Shown: positions 34,151 through 44,600 of the stretch, piece after piece
Layout of the letters: every line of letters begins with the position of its first letter
Position numbering within the stretch: position 1 is the stretch's first letter
Source: Eubacteriales bacterium
Lineage (GTDB): Bacteria > Bacillota > Clostridia > Oscillospirales > CAG-272
DNA length: 64,000 nt
NCBI GenBank assembly: GCA_045531965.1
Contig: JAZSFA010000097.1
Span: 7,935-71,934 of the forward strand
Direction: 5' to 3'
Translations under genes and position numbers: made by a program
The notes under the pieces: generated by a model
What the model saw: only the letters and a program-made list of their open reading frames with translations
What the model was told of the DNA's origin: nothing
Databases searched by the model: none

Positions 34151-37100
34151 ATGAAAACAAATGTCAAGTCAAAGCTATTGTCCATCCTGCTTGTACTCAT
34201 CATGGTACTTGCCTCGGTTCCCTTTTCCGCTCTGCCCGCATGGGCAGATGAGCCCGAGATCACCGAGGTCGGTACTTGGACCGAACTACTCAACGCAGTC
34301 AACTCAGACAAGACACACATTAAGCTCCAAAAAAATATTGAAGACATCGTTCCTGACGATGAGCTTCCCACAAAGCACCGTCTTGTCTTTAACGGCGGCA
34401 AAGATTACGTCCTTGATCTGAATGGCTATGAACTGAAGGTGCTCAACCATATCAATGAGTTTTACAGCGGTGAGTTTTCCATGATCGAAGTGTCGGGCAG
34501 TTCAAAGCTTGAGATCAAGGCCGGTAGCCTTATTTTTGATAACTATTCTACAAAAGCCAACCGTAAAGCCAAGGGTGTTGTTGCTGTCAAAGATGACTCT
34601 TCCCTTATTGCCATCGACGTAAATATGCAGAACAGATACACAGGCACGGTGGTTTATGCGAATTCCTCTGCCAAGGTTACCCTTGACGGCGGCGAGTACG
34701 CTGTTCAAAACGGATTTGCAATATATCTTGAAAATCAGGCTTCTCTGACCCTTGACGGACCCTATATCCATACAACTATGGGTGATGGCACCCCTACTCA
34801 ATACGTTGACGGCTACGGTGCCCTTTACTCCGAGAGTAAAGGGGCGCTAGTCATCAATGACGCTTTCTTCAAATCGGGTGTACAGGTAAGCAGCTCGCAG
34901 ATTGACGCGTTTTCTGTTGCTACCCACGAGGTGACGGTCAACGGACAGGTGTTGACCGAGGATATATTCGTAGGAACGAACTTCGAGGCGAAGCAGCAGA
35001 ATAAGGCATATTATTGGTATTCATGGACAGGATATTCTCTGACTAAAACCGATAACTCTTCTTTTGCCAATCCCGTAAGAGTGATTTCCTATGAGAAGAA
35101 ATATCCCGTAACGGTTGAATCAGGTGTTGCGATGGTTGGCGGTAAGCCCGTAACCGAGGCAAGCTACGGTCAGGAGGTCACGGTCGTAGCGAATACCCCG
35201 GAGGAAGGCATGGAATTTGTGCGTTGGGACACCAGCGGAGTTAAGCTTGCTGACGATTACAGCGCATCAACCTCCTTTACGATGGTGCCCGCGCCCGTTA
35301 CCTTGGCGGCATATTACGGTAAGGAAGCGGTCAAGGCGGTGAGCATTACCGTTGATGATCTTATTCCCGGACAAAGTGTAAATGATACCAAGATTACTTT
35401 GGAAAACGGCGTGATCCTCCAAGCCGTTGAATGGCGCGAGGAATCAGCTTTGAAAGGCGATTATGCTGTTTTCAGAGCAGGTAAAAGCTATACCGTAAAT
35501 ATGCTTGTCTATCCCCCCGAGGGAAACAAGTTTAGTGACACCGTAACAGCCACGGTCAACGGCAAAAGCGCGACGGTGAACGCAAACTCCCAATACGCGT
35601 ATATCGAGTACACCTTTGAGGCGACGCCTTCGGTGGGATTTAGCATTGTGTATGACACCAACAATTCTCAACTCGGTGTCGGCGGTAATCTCCTGCTCGA
35701 TACTGCATTGATGGCCTCCCAAAGCGCGGAATTCAAATCAGCCTTGGATGCGGGTAAGGTTACCTATCAATGGTACAGAAACGGCGAGGCCATTGAGGGT
35801 GCGACGGATGCTGTTTACAACTTTACCGCAGAGGATGTGGCGGGCATATTTTACGTAGCTGTGACAGCAGACGGCAAGAGCAATTACGGACATAACGTGA
35901 CTTGCAGCGGGGATCTGTATCAGGTCTATTTGAATGCCAGTGATATTATTGCGGGCGAAAAGGTGCCTCAGATCACTGTGGCTACCCCCGGAGTTTCTAT
36001 TGATACAGAGAGCATGGCTATCTATGAGATACTCGGGAATAATTCTTACGGAAATCCCCAAAGCTTGGCAAACTCGATTTTGATTCCCGGTAAAAGCTAC
36101 TGCTTGGTCGGTAAGATCATAGAGCAGGATGGCGTAACTGTTGCTAACAATGCCAATGTTTACGTAAACGGTGAACTGATGAAAGACAAGCTCGACACCG
36201 GACGCTTCTTCTATGAATTCACAGTTCCCGAGGCAGACTTCCCCGTATATTACAAGGCAAACGGCGAGACAGGTATTGGCGTGACGTTGACGGTGGATAT
36301 TGAGAAGATGTGTAACGAAAACGGCACTTTTAAGCACGCTGTTGAAGCTGCAAATCCCACCTATCAGACGGTATTTTATCAGTGGTACAAGAACGGCGAG
36401 GCTATCAAGGGTGCGACAGATCCCTCCTACACCGTAAAAGCTGTTGACAGAGACAGCTACATCCACTGTCAGGTCACCCTTGTGGACGGAAAATACGGCA
36501 TTGGTGAGCAGTATGCGATCTCAAACGTTATAACTGTCATCAACGTTAATATGCCTCTACCTAAGGACGGCGAATCGAGAATAACCACCGGAATTTCTGC
36601 TGACGGCGTTGTCATGAGCGGCATTATGTGGTGGCCGAAGGAAACGGGGGCTACCATGCAAGGAGATGCTAAGTACGTCGAAGGTGAAGTTTATGAGTAT
36701 CTAATCAGCTTTGAAGCTAAAGACGGTCTTTCATTGGATTTTACGGGAGAGATGACTGTTGCTTACGTTAACGGCACAAAAATCACTCCCGCGGGCTCCG
36801 GTAATGGAGCAGCACGTTACACAGGCGAGGTTACCGCCATCCATAAGCATCAATACAGCGACACGGTATGGGATCATGACGAATACGCACACTGGCAGCC
36901 CTGTATCGTTCCGGGCTGTCCCAATCCCAGCGAAGAATGGATGATGTACACCGAGCATAAGGGCGGCACCGCAACCTGCCAGACCAAGGGTGCATGTGCC
37001 CTTTGCGGCTACGAATATTACGCGGATCACGATTTTTCCGTTCCCGATTACCAATACGTGGACGATATGAAATGTGCCAACTTCTGTGAGAATTGTGACG

Positions 37101-37837
37101 TATATAGTGCCTGGAGCTATCACGAGGGCGGTGTAGCTACCTGCAAAGAAAAATCTGTCTGTGATATTTGTCACCATGAATACGGCAAGCTGGCAGAGTG
37201 TGCGGGCGGCACGGCCACCTGCACTGAAAAGGCCATCTGTGCTACCTGCGGTGAAAAGTACGGCGAGCTTGCGGAGCACGCATACACCAATCTGAACGGC
37301 TACAAAGGAGCTGACGGTCATGCCAACGTTTGTGAATGCGGCGCTCACGATACCCCTGTTGCTCATACCCCCGACAGAGCCGAGGCAACCGAGACCGAGG
37401 CTGTCAAGTGCTCAGATTGCGGTTACATCATCACGCCCGCTTTGGGACACACCACCCATACCCCCAAGGATGAATGGAGGAGCGACGGTCAGAACCACTG
37501 GCACGAATGCGTCGGCTGTGAAGGTCAGGAGCTTGACAAGGCGGCTCACGCAGATAGCAACGACGACGGCAAGTGCGATACTTGTGATTACACCATGAGC
37601 ACGGACATCCCCGATGATCCCGAGACACCCACCACCTCGGAGGATCCTGAAGAAACTGAAACCCTCGATGTTCCCCAGAAGGGTGACGGTGACAAGGGCG
37701 GTATGGGTGCCGGTGCTGTGATCGGCATTGTCATCGCTTCCCTGCTGGTTGTCGGCGTGGGCGGATTTGTCGTGGTTTGGTTCGGTGTCAAGAAAAAGAG
37801 CTTCGCTGATCTGAAAGCGGTATTCAAAAAGAAATAA
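34151..37837 (+). CDS. 1228-aa membrane-anchored surface protein (beta-helix-like N-terminus, InlB-B-like and Ig-like domains, Cys/His repeats, C-terminal TM)
   Basis: Signal peptide ...SALPAWA; two YQWY(R/K)NGEAI.GATD domains; GGTATCxxKAxCxxC repeats; TM plus KKKSF tail. Confidence 0.88.
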   Translation: MKTNVKSKLLSILLVLIMVLASVPFSALPAWADEPEITEVGTWTELLNAVNSDKTHIKLQKNIEDIVPDDELPTKHRLVFNGGKDYVLDLNGYELKVLNHINEFYSGEFSMIEVSGSSKLEIKAGSLIFDNYSTKANRKAKGVVAVKDDSSLIAIDVNMQNRYTGTVVYANSSAKVTLDGGEYAVQNGFAIYLENQASLTLDGPYIHTTMGDGTPTQYVDGYGALYSESKGALVINDAFFKSGVQVSSSQIDAFSVATHEVTVNGQVLTEDIFVGTNFEAKQQNKAYYWYSWTGYSLTKTDNSSFANPVRVISYEKKYPVTVESGVAMVGGKPVTEASYGQEVTVVANTPEEGMEFVRWDTSGVKLADDYSASTSFTMVPAPVTLAAYYGKEAVKAVSITVDDLIPGQSVNDTKITLENGVILQAVEWREESALKGDYAVFRAGKSYTVNMLVYPPEGNKFSDTVTATVNGKSATVNANSQYAYIEYTFEATPSVGFSIVYDTNNSQLGVGGNLLLDTALMASQSAEFKSALDAGKVTYQWYRNGEAIEGATDAVYNFTAEDVAGIFYVAVTADGKSNYGHNVTCSGDLYQVYLNASDIIAGEKVPQITVATPGVSIDTESMAIYEILGNNSYGNPQSLANSILIPGKSYCLVGKIIEQDGVTVANNANVYVNGELMKDKLDTGRFFYEFTVPEADFPVYYKANGETGIGVTLTVDIEKMCNENGTFKHAVEAANPTYQTVFYQWYKNGEAIKGATDPSYTVKAVDRDSYIHCQVTLVDGKYGIGEQYAISNVITVINVNMPLPKDGESRITTGISADGVVMSGIMWWPKETGATMQGDAKYVEGEVYEYLISFEAKDGLSLDFTGEMTVAYVNGTKITPAGSGNGAARYTGEVTAIHKHQYSDTVWDHDEYAHWQPCIVPGCPNPSEEWMMYTEHKGGTATCQTKGACALCGYEYYADHDFSVPDYQYVDDMKCANFCENCDVYSAWSYHEGGVATCKEKSVCDICHHEYGKLAECAGGTATCTEKAICATCGEKYGELAEHAYTNLNGYKGADGHANVCECGAHDTPVAHTPDRAEATETEAVKCSDCGYIITPALGHTTHTPKDEWRSDGQNHWHECVGCEGQELDKAAHADSNDDGKCDTCDYTMSTDIPDDPETPTTSEDPEETETLDVPQKGDGDKGGMGAGAVIGIVIASLLVVGVGGFVVVWFGVKKKSFADLKAVFKKK
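37203..37795 (+). repeat. Copy 1 of a 593-bp C-terminal module
   Basis: Ungapped match to 40988-41580 (offset 3785), about 35 mismatches by eye. Confidence 0.92.
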
Positions 37838-37852
37838 TATATGTCGAGCATC

Positions 37853-37876
37853 CCCCTTTCTCTTCGGGGAAAGGGG
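37853..37876 (+). other. Intercistronic UUCG-tetraloop hairpin without U-tract
   Basis: CCCCTTTCTC-TTCG-GGGAAAGGGG just before the next RBS. Confidence 0.6.
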
Positions 37877-37893
37877 CGTAAAGGAGAAAAAAC

Positions 37894-40800
37894 ATGAAAA
37901 CTCCATTAAAATCAAGACTTATCGCCATGCTGCTTGCCCTTGTGATGGTGCTTGCACTCGCTCCCGTGAGTGCCTTGACCGCATTTGCGGCAGGTGGTGC
38001 AGAATGGGTAGATTTTGCTATTATTGGGCATTGGGGTGTATTTTTTGAGCAAACAGGCTCATCTCAAAAGTATCCCATCGTGCTTACAAATGAAAACAAG
38101 CTCTCAGTGCCGCTTCCGACTCTTTACAGAACGGATACCGACGATTACGTGTTTGACGGTTGGTATATCGCCGACACAGACACAAAGGTAACGCAGGATA
38201 CCGTGTTTGACGGATATACCGTAGTGGTTGACAGATGGACTTTCAGGGAAAAAGACTATAATACGGTGATAAGCAGCATTAAGGTAAACAATGTGGCTCT
38301 TGAAGCAGGTATGACCACCGCAGAATACAATGCGGCAGTACAGGGTGCTACTGCAACTGTAAACGGCGCGCCTGCAAACGCCATTACCGCCGACAGTGCC
38401 AAGACCTATACGATCTATCACGGTCTTAACAAGAGTGGTGAGCCTCTCAAAGCTGACGAGGAGGTTGAGGTAGGTCAGGACTATTCGGTTGTTACGAAAA
38501 TCAAGCTTGCGAACGGATATACCTTTGATCCCAATATCACATTCTCATCTGAGGAAGGTATGTGCGCAAGCGAAAGATTTTTGGGCGGTGCTGACATTTA
38601 CACAAAGCAATGGAACACCCTTGCAACCGAAGTTGAAGTGACCATCAACTTTATGAATACCGATTACTATTTTGATCAGACTCCCGAGAGCAGAAAGCTT
38701 GAAAACTATGCACAGTATAAGAACTGGTACACGGTTTCAAAGCATGAAGGTCTTGAATCGGTTACGCTTCAATATGAGTCCGACGGCGCGTGGGCGGTGT
38801 TCATTGATAACGTGCCGTTTGAAGCCAATGGCGAACAAGCAGGTGGATACGTTACGGTATCCCCCTATGTAGATACCACAAAAACCTTCAGACTCGTTGC
38901 AAATTATACGCAAGGAAAAGTATATAGCGAGCCATTTGAGGTTTCTTGGGCGTGCCTAAATCCCGTGATTGAAAGCGTAGGCATTGGTGTTACAGCACCT
39001 GTAAACGGTTATGCGCCTCAATATACGGCAACGCTTTCTACAAGCACTTGCACTCTTAAATCAGAGGACGAATCTACCGTGAAGAATGGTATTAAGTGGA
39101 CTGGCGAGACAGGCGAGTTAAGGGTTTCGGACGGTATGTTTGCCGATGATAGTGATTACACAGTAGGTGTAACGTTGGTTGCACAGGATGGCTACACCTT
39201 TGCAAATAGTGTAACGGCTACCGTAAACGGAGGCAAAGCAAACGTTAGCGTTAAAAGCGAAACCGAGATAATAGTCAGCTATACCTTTCCTAAATACGAG
39301 CCTCCCGTAACGAAATATTACGTTGTGTTTTCCAATGCGGGCGGTTATGCGTCGGGCACGATGCCGACTGAATGGGTTGAAGCGGGAAATTATACGCTTC
39401 CTGCTCCCGGATATACTCCGTATAAGGGTTATGAATTCGTTGGTTGGATGATACAGGGTGAGCTAAAGCAGCCCGGGGACGTAATTTCGATATCGGATAA
39501 CGTTGTTATCGATGCCCGTTGGAAGAACGCAGACGCTGAAAAAATAGGAAGCCTTGGTATCTCTATTACCGCTCCAAAGAACGAAAATTCTCCAGAATAT
39601 ACCGCAATTCTCACCACCAGTAAATGCAAGCTCAAGGACGTAAGCTGCATAAGCTGGGTGGGAGAAAATGTAGGCGAGCTTAATGTCAATTCTAAATTTA
39701 ACAACGACAATGATTATACCGTAACGATCAAGCTGGTCGCGGAGGACGGATATAAGTTTACGAATAGCGTAACGGCTACCGTAAACGCAAACAACGCGAT
39801 AGTTTTAGTTAAGAGCGAGAGCGAAATATGGGTGAGCTACACCTTTGCGAAGCCTGTAAAGCATATTGTAACCTTCAATACTAATAGTACCTTTGCCACG
39901 GGAACAATGAGCCCTGTTGAAGCTGTTGAAGGTAGCTACACGCTTCCCGCACCTACTTACACGCCCAAATACGGCTATACCTTTGCGGGCTGGCTTTTAA
40001 ATGGATATCTCAGACAGCCGGGTGATGAAATTACGTTAACTTCTCCGACTACTTTGGAAGCTCGCTGGAAGAGCGATTACGCACCCGTAGGATTTATAAA
40101 GCAACCGAGTGAGCCTGACGCAAAGACTACGTCAACTCAGATCCAATATAGGGTGAGCAATTTTGAAATCGATCCGTCTATTGCCTACGACAGTATTCTC
40201 GCGCAGGTGTACAATGAAGATACGGGCGAATGGGTGTCCGACATATATGACGGTGGCAATCTTGTTGTAACTGCCGGCAATGGGGCAGTTGACTCAGGAT
40301 ATGGATATGATATTATTGTTTTCTACGCCAACATAGCCAAGAAATATACTTTCCGCATCATTGCAAAGAATGGCGGTGACATTGTAGCCTCCAGTGAGTC
40401 TTTTACGGTCAGATGGATTCCCAAGTCTATTACAGTTCAACCCAAGGGAGATATGATAGATATTGGTGAGACCTATACCGTAACTATAAAAACAAACTTT
40501 TATATCTCCTCCAGCGAGATCGAGTATTATGACGCAGAGACCGACCAGTGGAAGCTTTATACGACCGTTGGAAGCAGCAAATGGCAGCCGTTTACAAAAG
40601 ATTTTACGTCCAATACGGAAAGCTCCTTAAGACTTCGTGTCAAGATATACGAATCCCCCGGAAATCTTACCGACACAAGTAATGAGTTTACGATCACTTG
40701 GACTAACCACAAGCATACGTACGGAGTGTCACCGAACGGAAAGGATGAATCAAACCACTGGAAAGAATGTACCGATCCTGCTTGCCCCGATCAGCAGAAC

Positions 40801-41625
40801 AGCATCATTGAGGTAACGCCTCACAAGGCCATCGGCGGCAACTGTCAGATCGAAGCGGCGTGCGCTTGCGGTGAGATGCTTCTCGGCAATCACATGATGT
40901 CGAATGAATGGTCACAGGAGAACGGTCAGCACTTCCACAAGTGTATGATTTCGGGATGTTCGCATACCGACGAAAAAGTGAATTGCTCGGGCGGCACGGC
41001 CACCTGCACTGAAAAGGCCATCTGCACCATCTGCGGTGAAAAGTACGGCGAGCTTGCGGAGCACGCATACACCAATCTGAACGGCTACAAAGGAGCTGAC
41101 GGTCATGCCAACGTTTGTGAATGCGGCGCTCACGATACCCCTGTTTCTCATACCCCCGACAGAGCCGAGGCAACCGTGACAGAGGCTGTCAAGTGCTCAG
41201 ATTGCGGTTACATCATCACGCCTGCTCTGGGGCACACCTCCCATACCCCCAAGGATGAGTGGAAGAGCGACGGACAAAACCATTGGCACGAATGCGTCGG
41301 CTGTGAGGGTCAGGAACTTGAAAAGGCGGCTCACGCAGATAGCAACGCCGACGGCAAGTGCGATACTTGTGATTACACCATGAGCACGGACATCCCTGAT
41401 GATCCCGAGACACCCACCACCTCGGAGGATCCTGAAGAAACTGAAACCCTCGATGTCCCTCATACGGGTGACGGTGACAAGGGCGGTATGGGTGCCGGTG
41501 CTGTGATCGGCATTGTCATCGCTTCCCTGCTGATCGTCGGCATAGGTGGGTTTGCTGTAGTTTGGTTCGGGGTCAAGAAACGAAATTTTTCCGAGCTCGC
41601 GGCAATATGGAAGAAAAAGGAGTAA
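37894..41625 (+). CDS. 1243-aa membrane-anchored surface protein (InlB B-repeats, Ig-like repeats, Cys/His repeats, C-terminal TM)
   Basis: Signal peptide ...LTAFA; YTLPAP.YTP..GY.F.GW twice; DGY.F.NSVTATVN twice; same C-terminal module as the upstream gene. Confidence 0.88.
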   Translation: MKTPLKSRLIAMLLALVMVLALAPVSALTAFAAGGAEWVDFAIIGHWGVFFEQTGSSQKYPIVLTNENKLSVPLPTLYRTDTDDYVFDGWYIADTDTKVTQDTVFDGYTVVVDRWTFREKDYNTVISSIKVNNVALEAGMTTAEYNAAVQGATATVNGAPANAITADSAKTYTIYHGLNKSGEPLKADEEVEVGQDYSVVTKIKLANGYTFDPNITFSSEEGMCASERFLGGADIYTKQWNTLATEVEVTINFMNTDYYFDQTPESRKLENYAQYKNWYTVSKHEGLESVTLQYESDGAWAVFIDNVPFEANGEQAGGYVTVSPYVDTTKTFRLVANYTQGKVYSEPFEVSWACLNPVIESVGIGVTAPVNGYAPQYTATLSTSTCTLKSEDESTVKNGIKWTGETGELRVSDGMFADDSDYTVGVTLVAQDGYTFANSVTATVNGGKANVSVKSETEIIVSYTFPKYEPPVTKYYVVFSNAGGYASGTMPTEWVEAGNYTLPAPGYTPYKGYEFVGWMIQGELKQPGDVISISDNVVIDARWKNADAEKIGSLGISITAPKNENSPEYTAILTTSKCKLKDVSCISWVGENVGELNVNSKFNNDNDYTVTIKLVAEDGYKFTNSVTATVNANNAIVLVKSESEIWVSYTFAKPVKHIVTFNTNSTFATGTMSPVEAVEGSYTLPAPTYTPKYGYTFAGWLLNGYLRQPGDEITLTSPTTLEARWKSDYAPVGFIKQPSEPDAKTTSTQIQYRVSNFEIDPSIAYDSILAQVYNEDTGEWVSDIYDGGNLVVTAGNGAVDSGYGYDIIVFYANIAKKYTFRIIAKNGGDIVASSESFTVRWIPKSITVQPKGDMIDIGETYTVTIKTNFYISSSEIEYYDAETDQWKLYTTVGSSKWQPFTKDFTSNTESSLRLRVKIYESPGNLTDTSNEFTITWTNHKHTYGVSPNGKDESNHWKECTDPACPDQQNSIIEVTPHKAIGGNCQIEAACACGEMLLGNHMMSNEWSQENGQHFHKCMISGCSHTDEKVNCSGGTATCTEKAICTICGEKYGELAEHAYTNLNGYKGADGHANVCECGAHDTPVSHTPDRAEATVTEAVKCSDCGYIITPALGHTSHTPKDEWKSDGQNHWHECVGCEGQELEKAAHADSNADGKCDTCDYTMSTDIPDDPETPTTSEDPEETETLDVPHTGDGDKGGMGAGAVIGIVIASLLIVGIGGFAVVWFGVKKRNFSELAAIWKKKE
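40988..41580 (+). repeat. Copy 2 of the 593-bp C-terminal module
   Basis: Matches 37203-37795. Confidence 0.92.
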
Positions 41626-41631
41626 ACAGTT

Positions 41632-44600
41632 ATGAAAAATCAAACCAAAGTATCCTTTGAAAAGAAAATCTTTTCGGTCTTTTTCCTGCTTCTCTTCGTT
41701 GTAGCCATGATGCTTCTCATGACTATAACGGCATCGGCAAACGACGTCACCGTGTTATTTACCAGTCAAATTCCAGATAATGAAGACGTGAAGCTGAAAG
41801 AGGATACGGTCATTTACGTAGACACCCCTCGGGTTCTGTCCTCCATTACAGGCGATTACAATCTGACCATTCGCGGAGAGGAAAACCTGATCATCAACGC
41901 CAGGAATTTCTCTGCCATTGATGTCAATTCTTTGTCGGTTAGCACGAATCTTACAGCTACCAGCACGAGTGACAGGGTATTTTGCATTGACGCCTACGAG
42001 GGATTCACCTTCAACGGCTCTGCGTTGTCTGTAAAGGGTCATGGCGGTATCTATTGCGAATCCGGTGACGTCATTCTGAACAGCGGAGACATTGAGATCT
42101 TCGGTAACGGCCGCGAAGCGATCCGCACCCAAGGCAAGCTGGTGGCTGACGTCCGTACCATCCTTCTCTCATGCCGTATGGAAGAAGATGCAGAGAAGTG
42201 GCACCAATCCGGTGCATATGCCATCGCCGGTATGAACATCAAAGCAAATAATATCGTTTTGGCGGGAAGAAATGCGGCCGTTTCTCAGCACGGCGACATC
42301 TGTCTGGAGGGTAATACCATGGCCCTCGCTACCGAGGATGCCATCGTCAACTATTACGGATCCGTAGTCCTCAGAAAAACCGCCAAAATCACGAGCGGGG
42401 AGACGTATACCGGTATTATCTGCGAGGAGGATATTTCCTTTGAGGGCTTCAACCTTGTGATTGAAGGCGGTCGAGGCATCGTTTCCGAAAAGGGTAACAT
42501 CACCCTTGCCGACACTGTGACCGTGAAAGTCAACGGCGATCACGCCATCCGCGCTGCCGGAAAGATCACTATGAATGACGGTCATTACAAGATCTACGGC
42601 TCGGACAATCAGCATTCCGCCATCTACGGTACGGGTGGACTGGAAATGGCTCCGGTCCTCGACGTTGTTCTTCCCCATCAGGGTTATGCAGACGATCATA
42701 CGGTCAGAGATCAGGACGGCTATGCCGCTCACGATTTGGAGATCTGTCGTGCTATTACCGACGTGGACGTTTATATCGGCTCTCCCATCGGAGGTTACCT
42801 TCCCCCCGAAGGGGATGACGCCTTCTACGGTCTCGACGAGGATATGACCGTGAAGTTCATCATCTGGTATGAGGACGGCGTCCGCATGAACGCGGGTGAC
42901 AGGTTTATTTGCGGCAAGTCTTACACCGCCGATATCCGTTTCGTCACCAAAAACGGTGCTTTCTTCCATCTGGACTCCATGGCCAAGGTCAACGGTAAGT
43001 CTCTTAACACATATTCCTATAATGGCCAAACCGAAATTGAGGTAAACGTCAGCTTCGGCAAGTGCCCGGACCTTGTGGGTCAGGTTGACCTGGACATCAA
43101 AGCCCCTGCGGAGGGTGCTACTGCTTCCCTGTCCGTCAGCTATTTTGGTTCCGGCTACGGCGTGCATCAGAACAGCGAGAACATCCGCTGGATGGTATCC
43201 ACCGACGGCAAGAACTACGTTTCCATGACAGCCGGCGAGAAATTTGTAGCGGGCAAGTACTACAAGGTCTTCATTGACGTACAAACCTCCGCTGACAATT
43301 ACAAGTTTGTTACCGATACTAGCGGCTCCAGCGTACAGCCCCGCATCGCGGCCACGGTCAACGGTGCCAAGGCTCAGGTCACTAAGGCATACGATCAAGA
43401 TCCCCAGACCATTGTGACCGTAAGCTACGACTTCGGCAAGTGTAACGATACCGTCATTGAGGAGATCATCATTACCGGTGTGGTCGCTCCCGTGGTAGGT
43501 GAACATCCCTCCTACACCTGTACGATTCTTGGCTCGGGTTATCATATCAACACAGAGAAGAATGCTTCCTATGATGCGTGGTGGGCAACACCTCCTACCC
43601 AGTGGCCCTATATTAAAAACGGTATCGGTTGGTTCGACCTGACCAAGGGCGACTGGGTCTACGCCCATGAAACCTTTATCGCGGGACACGAGTACCAAGT
43701 AAACGTCTATCTTGTCACCGATGACGGCTACACCTTCGCCCACGACAGATATTATGAAATGCTCTTCACCGTCACGGTCAACGGCCAGGCCGCAGAAGGC
43801 AACACCTCCGGCTCCAACGGCCTTTACAACCAGACCATCATGAGCTCCTTCCTTTGCCCCAAGAAGGAGATCACCAGCATTATCATCCATGATTTAGAGG
43901 CGCCCAAGGCTGGGGAGACACCTGACACCGCCGTATCTCCCGCATACCCCGAGTTCTACGCTGTGGACAGCGTGACCTGGTATAACGCTGATTACCTGCC
44001 CCTGGAGCCCGGTGAGGTCTTTGTGGCTCGCGAGGTTTACTGTGTGGAGATCAAGGTGGTTCCCGGTTCCCTGGGGGCAAGCGCAACCACCTTCAATCAG
44101 TCTCTCACAGCCTACGTCAACGGTCAGGAAGTCATTTCCTACGGTATGGGCGGATGGGACAAGGTGGAGGTAAGAGCAGGCGCTATCTATATCCGCTACA
44201 CCTTCAAAAATCCCGCGGCCGCTCCTGAGGTGGCTGTTGAGAGCAATATTTCGGGTATTATCACCGCCGGCAGAGTTAACGTAAAACCCGAAGTGCTTCT
44301 CTATGCCGCCGATGACACCGCATTCGCAAGTCCCCTCTACACCGCTACTGTCAGCGATGGATTTACCGTATCCCCCGATCACTACTGGAATTACAGCTTT
44401 GAGGGTGTTGCCCTTGGCGATTACGTCCTTGTTATCAAGAAGGTTGGACACGAGACCTATACTACCCAGATCACGGCCACCGTGGGGCATGTTTTCGTAG
44501 AAGATCTCTCTCTCGTCATGCTTCCCTGCGAGCATGAGGGCGGCAAGGCTACTTGCACCGATTTAGCTGTTTGTCTCCTTTGCGGTGAGGGTTACGGTGA

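Noticed and set aside
37203-41580. Repeat pair as DGR template and variable repeats
   Set aside because: Mismatches are not adenine-specific, many are synonymous, both copies are coding, and no reverse transcriptase is present
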